From Rebecca billardiae RCC1528 (lineage: Eukaryota; Protista; Haptophyta), in assembly GCA_965240325.2 (NCBI GenBank), contig OZ251227.1:2604001-2668000 (forward strand): DNA of 64,000 bases, in the 5' to 3' direction. Numbering within the stretch: the stretch's first letter is position 1; the number at the start of each line of letters is the position of its first letter. The position numbers and the translations under genes were made by a program. The notes under the pieces were generated by a model, which did no database searches, was not told the DNA's origin, and saw only the letters and a program-made list of their open reading frames with translations. Below are positions 46,960 to 56,008 of this stretch, one piece after another.

Positions 46960-47630
46960 CAATGAGTGCCACGCGTCGCTGCTGGTCGTCCAGGAAGCGC
47001 TCTGCGAGCCAGTGTCAACCCGGAGCTGATGCGCTCGGGCCTCGGCGGAGTCGGCGGCGCTCGGGGAGGGCGCCCCGCATTATCAGCTTCACCGAGGAGA
47101 TCGCGCGCTGGCTGGGGACGGCCAAGCAGATGAACACGGAGCTGGGCGGCTCGGAGCTGATTATGAACCGCACGCGCGCGCAGCTCGCGAGGACGCGCGA
47201 TCGTGTGGTGGTACCCTACGCCGAGATCACCCGACTTTCCGGGGTACGACACAATCGACCCGGCGACGCGCGACGAGAAGCGCGCCCGCACTCAAGCCGG
47301 AAGAGCTTCCACAACCTGCGCATCGACCAGGCGGGTCGCGTGTGGGTGTGTCGCTGGCCGTGCTCGTGCGCACCGTGCCGTGCCGCGCTCCCGCGCAACA
47401 TGCGCCCGACATCCGGTCCCTGCGCGCTCCGGCCCATCTTCAGCGAGCTCAACGACTGGCACGTCGCACGACGTGACGGCGCAGCTCCAGCGGAAGGCCG
47501 GCGCTGGAGCTGAGGACTCGGACGATGAGATCGAGGTCGACCGGGACTTGTGTAGCGCCTCGTGCCCGCCTCCTCACGCGTCTTGCGGGCTGCAGCATGC
47601 GCTGAATCTTGAGCTCCAGCCCTTCTGAGC
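46960..47630 (+). pseudogene. Frameshifted gene/transposon-protein fragment with a CxCxxC motif
   Basis: Protein-like text (IISFTEEIARWLGTAKQMNTEL; PDFPGYDTIDP; KSFHNLRIDQAGRVWVCRWPCSCAPC) is split between two frames and has no intact start context. Confidence 0.4.
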
Positions 47631-48069
47631 TTTCTTGCCGCGTCGACCGCGCGCGGAGAGCTTCTGCTTCCGCTTGGACATGAGGGGGTGCCCACTTGGA
47701 TGCAGAGTGTTCTCGACGTAGGTCACGCCGCAGCCTGGCGCAAGTGGATTGCTGCACTCACGACAACCTCAGGGGTGCAGCGATCGCGTTCCCCGCGGTC
47801 CAGACGCCATCCTCGTCGAGAACACTCTGCATCCAACCGGGCGTCACGCGGATTCCCACTGGGACATCCTCATCCTGTCGGCGCGCTGTCGCATCGGCGC
47901 CCAGTCGGCGAGTTCGGACGACGACGTTTTGTGGACGACGGTGGGGCGAGGACGACGGGCGCTGGCGCGCCGCGAGGCGGCCGCAGCCCTCATCCAGGCC
48001 TCGCAGGCGGACGGCTGAACGATTTTTTCCGGCGGCGCTACCATCGCGGCGACGGCTTCATGGGCGGTG

Positions 48070-48204
48070 ACAGTTGGCGGGCGTCAATCTCGCCTGCCTG
48101 AGCTGTGTGCGTCTCTTATTCTTATAGTTACAAACTGTAAGAATAAGAGACGCATCACACGACAGCTCAGGCAGGCGAGATCGACGCCCGCTACGCTCAA
48201 CTGT
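48070..48204. repeat. Long fold-back inverted repeat (hairpin, ~55-60 bp stem)
   Basis: gcgggcgtcaatctcgcctgcctgagctgt..gtgcgtctcttattcttatagtt - aca - aactgtaagaataagagacgca..acagctcaggcaggcgagatcgacgcccgc. Two mismatches and small bulges. Confidence 0.85.
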
Positions 48205-48513
48205 ACATACAGTTTACTAAGAATAAGTCCGATATTAAGAGATGACGCATCACACTAGCTCATCAGGCAGGCGACAGATAGTAGCAGCTCCCTTGTAGTA
48301 AAGTAGCAGTGATGGCACCACCGCCCAGTCATCTTATTAAGTCGTGAAGCTCGGCTCCAGCGTGTCGGCAGCTCAGCACTATGCACCGCTGGCCCGTTGG
48401 GGCATGTCAACGAGGGCGCCATCCGGCCGCGGACGGCGAGTCGGAGCCGCGGCGGCGTCCTCCGGCCCTCCGCCGCCGTGGTTGGTATCAAAGCTCTGCC
48501 CTGGCTGCTCAGG

Positions 48514-50250
48514 CTAGCCGCTCCCGTTCGTGGGCGCGCTGCCGCCCTTGTGTGCGGCCTTGCTCACGCCGCCGACGCGGATCTTGAAGGGATTCCGACG
48601 TGGGCTGCCCTCCTCGTACACGCGCAGCCGCTTGCGCAGCTGCTCGTTCTCCCGCCGGAGCTCCTCGCGCGTCGCCGCGCCCATCGTCCGGCGCAGCTTC
48701 GCCCACGGTCCGGTGGACCAGCTCGAGTCCTGCTTTTCGAGCTCGGTCACGCCGAGCTCGGACGCGCGCAGGTTGACGCTGGGGCGCTGGGTGTCCTTCG
48801 GCTCGAGCTTGGCGTACGCGCGCCGCGTGAGCAGCGGCGCGACGTACGCGCGGTCGAGCGTGTCCAGCCACGTGTGCCCCTTGTTCGACCACGGCGCGCT
48901 CGAGGGCGTGTGCTCAAAGTCCTCGTTGTGGAGGTCGCTCTTCGCCTCGGGCGCGAGCACGCCGAGCTTGTGCGCGATCGGCTCGATCGCGCCGCCGAAG
49001 ACGAAGATGGTGAACGCTGCGATGATCAGCGTGGTCTGCAGCACGTCGAGCTCCGCCGCCGCGTCGCCGAACAGCCCGTGCTCGTAGATGAACGCCGAGA
49101 TCGCGAAGGCGACGCCGCCGCGCAGCCCGGACGCAAACAGCGCCGCCTGGTACGCGCCCGGCACGCGCACGCCAAACGCGCGGAGCGAGAGGGAGACGAG
49201 GCCGATGTTGGCGGCGCGGCCGACGAGGCACGCGAGCAGCGCGATGCCGGCGAGCGCCCACGACGCGCCGTTCAGGATCGGCAGCGCGAACACCGCCAGC
49301 CCGAGGTAGATGAAGATGTACGTCTCGGCGACGGTCGCGAGCACCTTGAACGCGCGCGCGGTGAGGACGCGCGCTGGTTTTGAGAGATTGGGGCGCGTGT
49401 ACCGCGCCATCGTCATGCCGCAGAAGAGGATGGCGACGATGCCCGAGAGGCCGACCACCTCGCACAGGTAGAACGCGCACCAAGGCGCCACGATCGACAG
49501 CGCCGTCTCGACGAACAGCGCCGACTCGTGCTCGGCCAGGTTGAGCAGCTTGTACGAGAAAGCAGACATGGCACCAAACGCGATGCCGAGCAGGGTGGAG
49601 GCGACGAAGACGTAGAGGAAGAGGCCGACCGCGCCGAAGACGGACGCGGCGTTCAGCTCCTCGTGCTTGAACGCGATGAACGTGCGCGCGAGCACCAGCG
49701 CGATCGCGTCGTTCATCACGCTCTCGCCGAACACGAGCGCGAAGAGGTCGGGCTGCACGCCGAGCGCCTGGAAGACGCTCAGCACGGTGACGGGGTCGGT
49801 GGCGGAGATGAGCGCGCCGAAGGTGAGGCTCGCGATCCCGCCGAGCGGCGGGCATAGGCCCAGCTGCGCCGCGCCGTACACCATCCCGCCCACCACGAAC
49901 GTCGAGATGCACGTGCCGACGAACGCGTAGCCGAGCATCGGCCCTGCCGCGTCGAGGAAGGTCTGCTGGTTCATGTTGAAGCCCGCCTCGAAGATGATGG
50001 GCGGGAGGAGCCAGATCATGAAGAACTCAAAGTCGAACGCGAAGAACTCCGACACGCTCTGGTCGTGCAGCACGTGCACGGCGAGCGCGGCGAGCGCGCC
50101 GAGGATGAGAGCAAACCCGGCCTCTGGCAGCCACCACACGTGCTTGCTGTCGAGGATGTGCCCTCCGGCGAAGGCGCCGCCGAGGCAGATCAGGCCGACG
50201 ATGATGGCCTCGTCGATCGCATGAGACTCGCCGTCACCGCCCTCGCCCAT
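48514..50250 (-). CDS. Na+/H+ exchanger, CPA1 (NHE/NHX) family, ~578 aa
   Basis: FFMIWLLPPIIFEAGF, FGALISATDPVTVLSVF, VFGESVMNDAIALVL, LSGIVAILFCG, SGLRGGVAFA. About 12 hydrophobic segments. First ATG at 50250. Confidence 0.93.
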   Translation of the reverse strand: MGEGGDGESHAIDEAIIVGLICLGGAFAGGHILDSKHVWWLPEAGFALILGALAALAVHVLHDQSVSEFFAFDFEFFMIWLLPPIIFEAGFNMNQQTFLDAAGPMLGYAFVGTCISTFVVGGMVYGAAQLGLCPPLGGIASLTFGALISATDPVTVLSVFQALGVQPDLFALVFGESVMNDAIALVLARTFIAFKHEELNAASVFGAVGLFLYVFVASTLLGIAFGAMSAFSYKLLNLAEHESALFVETALSIVAPWCAFYLCEVVGLSGIVAILFCGMTMARYTRPNLSKPARVLTARAFKVLATVAETYIFIYLGLAVFALPILNGASWALAGIALLACLVGRAANIGLVSLSLRAFGVRVPGAYQAALFASGLRGGVAFAISAFIYEHGLFGDAAAELDVLQTTLIIAAFTIFVFGGAIEPIAHKLGVLAPEAKSDLHNEDFEHTPSSAPWSNKGHTWLDTLDRAYVAPLLTRRAYAKLEPKDTQRPSVNLRASELGVTELEKQDSSWSTGPWAKLRRTMGAATREELRRENEQLRKRLRVYEEGSPRRNPFKIRVGGVSKAAHKGGSAPTNGSG

Positions 50251-50601
50251 CTGGCCCGGCCGCGCGTGCAATGCGCGCGCGGACGGAAGTGCGCGCAGGG
50301 TCGGCTGCCACCACGCGAATCTGCGCTTCCAGGCGCACAGCGAATTCCTCCGGCCAGGCTGTGTCGAGCAGGCGGATGAGGGCGGTTGGACCAGGTTGCC
50401 GGTTGGGCACTTGAAGCCCGCAGTGGTTCGTTGATTCCGTAGTCGTCAAATCAGACCGATACTACTTGTACAGGGCAGGTCGGTCCACACATCATTAACT
50501 CACGACAAGTGACCAACCGGCACACCTCTGCCGCTTTATTGGCGCTCATACTATCCTACCACTCATAGGACCCTCGAGTCGCAGCCTCAGATCCTTCTGC
50601 G

Positions 50602-52416
50602 TCAGATGTTGGTGAACACGCGCTCCTTGAGGAGCGCGTCGCATGCCTCGTCCACGCTGCTCAACCCACGCCAGGAAGCCGACGGTGGCCTCCGCCGCTG
50701 GAACCAGGCAGCAAGCCGCCTCCACCAGCCACCGCCGCGGGTGTGCAGAGGCGGCACTGGCGTCCTGGGCGGCGGCGGGCACGCGGTCGCGCCGAGCGCC
50801 AGATGGGTCTGCCGGAGGAGCTCGTTGCGCCCGCAGATGACGACCACCGTGTTCCCGAGTGAGGCCCCCATGTCCTTGAGGTTTCCTGCAGCGAATGCCG
50901 CGCCCAGAGCGTGTTGGGCGTACACTGCACGAGAGCTGCGAGGCACGAGGCGGGCGAGGGCGCGTGGCGGGCGCCGCAGCGCCCAGGGCGGCGGTCTGGC
51001 GAGCCGGCGGAGCGCCTCGCCGCGCGCGACGGCCTGGGCGATCTCTGGCTCTGTGGCCTCGAGGGCCGTCGCGTTGCGCGAGCTGACGACCAAGGTGAGC
51101 TCGAGCACGCCGCTCGAGGCCCACGAGACGAGCGCCTCGCGGTACGGCAGGTGGCCAGCATCTCGCAGGCCGTACAGGAGATGAAGCCGCGGCATGGTGG
51201 CGCGCTCTGCAGCGGGCCGGGCCGCAAAGCGCTCCAAGACGGACCGCAGGCCAGAGAGCCCGGCTCCCGTCGCGAGGAGCACGGCGTGCTCCACCTCGGC
51301 GCTCATCGGCCCCTCCTTCCCACCGCCCCGATGGGCGGCTGCCCCCGCGCCCTCCGCTGTGCCCGACGCGTTGGCGGCCTCCCCACGGCCTCCCTGCCAT
51401 CGGTCCAGGAGGTCAGACAGAAAGACGTACCGGCTGTTGAAGAAGCCGCCCACCGACGGGTTGACAAAGAGGGGGCCTCGGCCGTCGGCCACGGGGCCCT
51501 CAGGCAGCGCGCGCACGCGCCGCGCCACCTCGGTGACCGTGGGGTGGTAGCGCGCCTCGGGCAGCCCCGTCAGGATCTCGAGCTCTCCAGGTGTGCCGCC
51601 TGTGGCCGCGTCCGTGGCGAGCGCGTACGGCTGCTCGAGCGGTCGGTGGCCCCAGGCGCTGGGAGAGGGCGCCTGCAGGCGCACGACGCCGCCGGGCCTG
51701 TGGTCGGCCATGATGCGGTGCCACGCGCCCACGCTCACGCCCAGCACCGTCACCTCGAGGTCGCCGAGGCGCTGCTTGCGCCGCACCTCGGTCACCTCCT
51801 CCCACTCATCCGGGCAGTCCGAGCCAAACCAGTTGCACGGGCACTCGAGCGCGGCGAGGCCCGCGAGCGCCTTGTGGGTGCCGCGGTAGCGCACCTGGAC
51901 GGCTGGGTCGCACGTGCTCGGGGCGCAGAGGAGGCCCAGGCCCGTGGGCGCGGGGTAGCGGTCCGGCTTGATCTCGTCGAGGAGGCACGCGGGATCGCAT
52001 GGCTCCGCACCTACGGGGAAGGCTGACGTGCGGATGAACTGAGCGCACGCGATGCCGGGGGCACCCGGGGAGCGGGCCTGCTCCACGGACACGTTCCACA
52101 GGCCGCAGGTGCTCGTGCACCAGTAGGACCCCGAGCAGGGCACGCGCGACTCGTCCATGGTGCATGGCGTGGCAGGGTCAAGCGCAGCCGATGCGCACCA
52201 CGCGCCGCACGTGTGCGCGCCCACAGCGCCTCGGCCCGTCTCGCGCGACTGGTAGGACCCCGAGCCATCGTCGAGCGCGCACTTGCCTTGGCCATCCTCG
52301 GCGCCGCATTGTGGTGGCGCTTGGGCGATGCTCGCCGCTGCCAGCGCCGCAGCGAGCACAAGCTGCACCGAGCGTCCCATCCTCGGCTCCGCCATTGTTG
52401 ACATGCCATCCCCCAT
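50602..52416 (-). CDS. Oxidoreductase with FNR-like FAD/NAD(P)-binding domains, N-terminal signal peptide and Cys-rich region
   Basis: Signal-like MGRSVQLVLAAALAAASIAQ, then about 15 Cys. EQPYALA (cf. RxYS), VLLATGAGLSGLRSVL (cf. AGGTGIxP), LHLLYGLRD, VVVICGRNELL (cf. CGP). Start uncertain: in-frame ATGs at 52590, 52416, 52404, 52395, 52380. Confidence 0.7.
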   Translation of the reverse strand: MGDGMSTMAEPRMGRSVQLVLAAALAAASIAQAPPQCGAEDGQGKCALDDGSGSYQSRETGRGAVGAHTCGAWCASAALDPATPCTMDESRVPCSGSYWCTSTCGLWNVSVEQARSPGAPGIACAQFIRTSAFPVGAEPCDPACLLDEIKPDRYPAPTGLGLLCAPSTCDPAVQVRYRGTHKALAGLAALECPCNWFGSDCPDEWEEVTEVRRKQRLGDLEVTVLGVSVGAWHRIMADHRPGGVVRLQAPSPSAWGHRPLEQPYALATDAATGGTPGELEILTGLPEARYHPTVTEVARRVRALPEGPVADGRGPLFVNPSVGGFFNSRYVFLSDLLDRWQGGRGEAANASGTAEGAGAAAHRGGGKEGPMSAEVEHAVLLATGAGLSGLRSVLERFAARPAAERATMPRLHLLYGLRDAGHLPYREALVSWASSGVLELTLVVSSRNATALEATEPEIAQAVARGEALRRLARPPPWALRRPPRALARLVPRSSRAVYAQHALGAAFAAGNLKDMGASLGNTVVVICGRNELLRQTHLALGATACPPPPRTPVPPLHTRGGGWWRRLAAWFQRRRPPSASWRGLSSVDEACDALLKERVFTNI

Positions 52417-52909
52417 CGGTGGCGGGCGCAGACTTGTGCATGCTGGAAAATCGGCGAGATGTGAATTATGGGCCCGCTGTTCATGTTGAAAACCGCCGCG
52501 GCAAGTCGCAGGTTCGAGTAGTCGTTCGCCGATGATCGCGGATCGCGGACTTCCGAGTGACCCTCGGTAACTCGGTTGGCCGTCCGTCATTCGGAACTTA
52601 GGTCACCCCGCCGGGGCACTGCACCTCGCGGCATGCGCCGGCGCAGGCTATGCAAGAGCGTGCGATCTGAGCATGGCATGCAGAAGCTGCTACTAAGTAG
52701 GCACTCGGATTCAGAACCCAGGCGCCCCCGCCGCGCCCGGCGAGTTACGTTCGCGCGGGACGACTCGAGCCATTCAGCACAGCGGTGCGCGCACACGCTG
52801 TGCGGCAGCGAGGGAGCTCCCAGCGGGGCGGCGCCGGCCCGCGGATCGCACCACGGGCACGACGCCCGCGGGCGCGTCGGCGTCCGCCCCGGCGGCGGCC
52901 TCGCCGCGC

Positions 52910-53718
52910 TTACTTGAGCGCGCACTTGGCGCCCGCCTCCTCGAGCTGCTTCTTCATCTCCTCCGCCTCGGACTTGGAGACGCCCTCCTTGAGCGACTTG
53001 GGTGCCGACTCCACAATCTCCTTCGCCTCCTTGAGGCCGAGGCCGGTGATGCCGCGCACCACCTTGAGGACGGCGATCTTCTTGTCCGCCGGGTACTCCT
53101 CGAGGACGACGTCGAACTCCGACTTCTCCTCCGCAGCCTCCGCCGGCGCACCGCCGGCCGCCGCCGGCGCCGCCATCATCATCCCCCCAGCCGGCGCCGC
53201 GGACGCATCCACACCGAAGGCCTCCTCGATGCCCTTCACGAGCTCAGCCGCCTCCATCAGGGTGAGCGACTTCAAGTCCTCCAAGATGGCGTCGGTCTTC
53301 TCCGACATCGTCACGCGGCTCGAGGCCACGCGCGAGCGCGCAACCGGCGCGACAAAGCCTGCGCGCGAACGCGCAGCGAGCGCGAGGCGCACGTGCACCA
53401 GACGAGCGCGATCAGCGGAGGCTCCCGCGCGCGCCGGCGTGCTCGTGTGGTGCGTCTGACGCCTTCCCGAGCGCCCGCCCGCCGCCCGACCCCCTCTGCC
53501 CACGCTCCGCGCGCCGATTGCCGCCCGTAATCAACCGTCGGCCGATGACGGACTGAGGCAACTGATACGCCCCAGCGCCGCATGCGCGGCGGTGGCCGGC
53601 GGCGAGGCGCACGCGAGGGACGCGCACGTGCTCGTAGATGCACACCGCGCGCGGGCGCGCGCGCACCGAACGCCGGCGCGGCGACGACTGCCAGGGCGAG
53701 GACGAGCTGCCGGAACAT
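52910..53718 (-). CDS. rpl12: Plastid 50S ribosomal protein L7/L12, nucleus-encoded; exons 53718-53667 and 53358-52910 (166 aa)
   Basis: Mature part [37 protein letters not shown]...[12 protein letters not shown]...[30 protein letters not shown] phase-1 intron (G|GTGCGC...CGCAG|GC) yields [35 protein letters not shown] (signal + Phe-initiated transit peptide). Confidence 0.92.
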
Positions 53719-53946
53719 GGCTGTGCTGTGCAAAGGGGCGGGACGTCCACGTACGCCACTGAGAGATTGAAGCGACGTGCGAGGCCGAGCCCCGCGAAGA
53801 TCGCAAGTCCGCCGAAGTCCGGGAAACAATCCGGACTCATTCGCGGTGCGCACGGCAGCCAGGGGGGGGAGCAGGGTGCCAACGGCGCCCGCTTCCTCGA
53901 CGCGAAGCGCGCTCGAGGCTCGCTCGCTGCCGCGCGGCCGAAGAAG
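53719..53946. promoter_or_regulatory. Putative bidirectional promoter between rpl12 and the WD40 gene
   Basis: Divergent ATGs at 53718 (-) and 53947 (+), 228 bp apart. Confidence 0.5.
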
Positions 53947-55593
53947 ATGCCGCAGCTCGGCCTCGGGCCGAACAAGGGCGCGGCGTTCGGCCATGAGTTC
54001 TCCGACGCCTACCTCGCGCAGGTGCGCGAGACCCTCGGCGCCGTGGAGCTCGACGAGCCCGCGCCGCCCCCGCCTCCGGGCGGGCTGCCGTACGGGCCGG
54101 CGCCCGCGCGGGCTGCCGCGCTCTCGGGGCAGTGGGGTCGCGGCCCGCTCGAGCCGCAGGGCGCGCACTTCGACGCCTCCGACCGCCCGCTCCTCTGCAT
54201 GGACGTCTCCGCCGACGGCTCGACGGCCGTCGTCGGCGGCGCCGACCACGGCCTCAAGGAGTTTGGCGTGTACGACCGCCGGCTGCGGCGCGAGCTGTTC
54301 ACCCGGACCGACGGGCACACGGAGTGGGTGTCGTGCTGCAAGATCCTGCCGGACGGCCGCGTCATCTCGGGCGGCGTCGACGCCAAGCTCTGCCTGTGGC
54401 ACGCGCGCGTGCGGCCGGCGCGCTGCACCGAGCTCGGAGGGCATGGCGCCTCGATCGCCGCGCTCGCGCTGAGCGCCGACGGCGCGCACGTGTGCTCCGC
54501 GAGCTACGACAAGACGCTGCGCGTGTGGAGCGTCGGCGCCGGCGGCGCGAGCGCCTCGTGCGCCGCCGTCCTCGCCGCGCACAAGGCGCCCGTCATGCAC
54601 GTCGCGTGGCAGGGCGACGTGCTCGCGAGCGGCGACCGCGGCGGCCAGGCCGTGCTCTGGGATGTGCGGACCGCGCGCGCGGCCGCGGTCGTGTCGGCGC
54701 ACCGCGGCCACCTGACCGCGCTCGCGCCGGCAGACGCGGCGGGCGTGGTGACGGGCGGGCACGACGGGCACGTCCGCCTCTTCGACGCGCGCACCACCGC
54801 CGTCGCCGCCGAGGCGCGCGCGCTGCACGTCGGTGCGGTCAACGAGCTGTCATGGCATGCGCTCCCCTCCGGCCAAGTCGCCCTGGTGAGCGCCGGCGCG
54901 GACAAGGCGCTGCACGTGCTCGAGCCGCGCGCGTCGATGCGGCCGCTCTTCTCGTTCCACGAGCACCGCGACTTCATCTACTCGCTGCACACGCGCGGCA
55001 GCTACGCCTTCTCCGGTGGCGGCGACGGCATGCTGATCTGCCATGACCTCGAGGCTGGGAGCGTGTGCTTTGGGCTCGGGGCCAACCGCGCGGCGGTGCG
55101 GTGCATCCATGCGACTGCCGACAAGCTGATCGCGGCGGGCGACGACGGCGGCGCGCTGGTGTACGACTTTGGCGGCGCCGCCGACCCGGGCGCGGAGCGC
55201 GCGTACGGCCGCGCCACGCCGGACGCGGCGCGCCAGCCGCTCGCGCGCCGGCCGTCCGCCGGCTCGGCGGCGGGCGGCGCGGGGGCCGCCCCGCGCGGGA
55301 GCGCCGCCGCCGCCTCGCGCGACGCGGCCGCGTACGCGGACAAGCGCCGCGCCGCCGTCGAGCGCGCCTCGCGGCTGCGCGACGAGCGCCGGTCCACCGC
55401 GGGCTCGCGCGGGGGCGACTCGCTGGACAACTTCTGCGCGAGCTCGCCGTGGTCCGGCCCGGGCGGCGGCGGCGGCGGCGGCGGCTCGGCGCCGCCGCAG
55501 CAGCAGCAGCAGTCGGAGCTTGACCTGCTGCATGCACGCGGCGACGCGAAGTTTGGAAAGCCAAAGCGGCGGCCCGCGCCTCCTTTCGGCTAG
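53947..55593 (+). CDS. WD40-repeat protein, ~548 aa
   Basis: Repeated GH...SxD..L.LW motifs: GHTEWVSCCKILPDGRVISGGVDAKLCLW, GHGASIAAL...SASYDKTLRVW, AHKAPV...SGDRGGQAVLWD, AHRGHL...GGHDGHVRLFD, EHRDFIY. First plausible ATG is 53947, because the ORF-track start overlaps rpl12 exon 1. Confidence 0.88.
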   Translation: MPQLGLGPNKGAAFGHEFSDAYLAQVRETLGAVELDEPAPPPPPGGLPYGPAPARAAALSGQWGRGPLEPQGAHFDASDRPLLCMDVSADGSTAVVGGADHGLKEFGVYDRRLRRELFTRTDGHTEWVSCCKILPDGRVISGGVDAKLCLWHARVRPARCTELGGHGASIAALALSADGAHVCSASYDKTLRVWSVGAGGASASCAAVLAAHKAPVMHVAWQGDVLASGDRGGQAVLWDVRTARAAAVVSAHRGHLTALAPADAAGVVTGGHDGHVRLFDARTTAVAAEARALHVGAVNELSWHALPSGQVALVSAGADKALHVLEPRASMRPLFSFHEHRDFIYSLHTRGSYAFSGGGDGMLICHDLEAGSVCFGLGANRAAVRCIHATADKLIAAGDDGGALVYDFGGAADPGAERAYGRATPDAARQPLARRPSAGSAAGGAGAAPRGSAAAASRDAAAYADKRRAAVERASRLRDERRSTAGSRGGDSLDNFCASSPWSGPGGGGGGGGSAPPQQQQQSELDLLHARGDAKFGKPKRRPAPPFG

Positions 55594-56008
55594 GGAGGCG
55601 CGAGGCGCTGGGCGGGCGATGGCAGCGCGCGGGCGCGGGCCTCCGGGGGCGGGATGCCGCGCAGCCCGCCCGCCGCGGTGGCGGTGCTTCGGGCAGCTTC
55701 GGCCGCATTCCCGCGGCGTCGCGCGGAGCTCATAGTTGTCAGCGACTGTGAAGCCTGTGAGCGCTCGGCTGAGACGACCTACTGTGTTAGAGTCAGCCGG
55801 TACGCGCGTAGTTATATATGGACTTATATATTTTGAATAATATTGAAATTTTGATGCAGCATCGTCAGACGTCATCTAATTCATCATTGACATCGAGTAG
55901 CATCACGGCCATCACGCTAACTACAGACTACTACTATAACTACTAGAGACCGTGTCAGAGACAGAGTCACGCAGCACTCTCGTTATTAGCAGTAGTTACC
56001 ATTTATTA

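Noticed and set aside
47680-47780. Possible ankyrin-repeat remnant (GCP.WDAECS...AAA)
   Set aside because: It requires several frameshifts, and part of it is explained by the local inverted repeat.
53638-53946. ORF-track N-terminal extension of the WD40 gene
   Set aside because: It overlaps rpl12 exon 1 on the opposite strand. ATG 53947 is more plausible.
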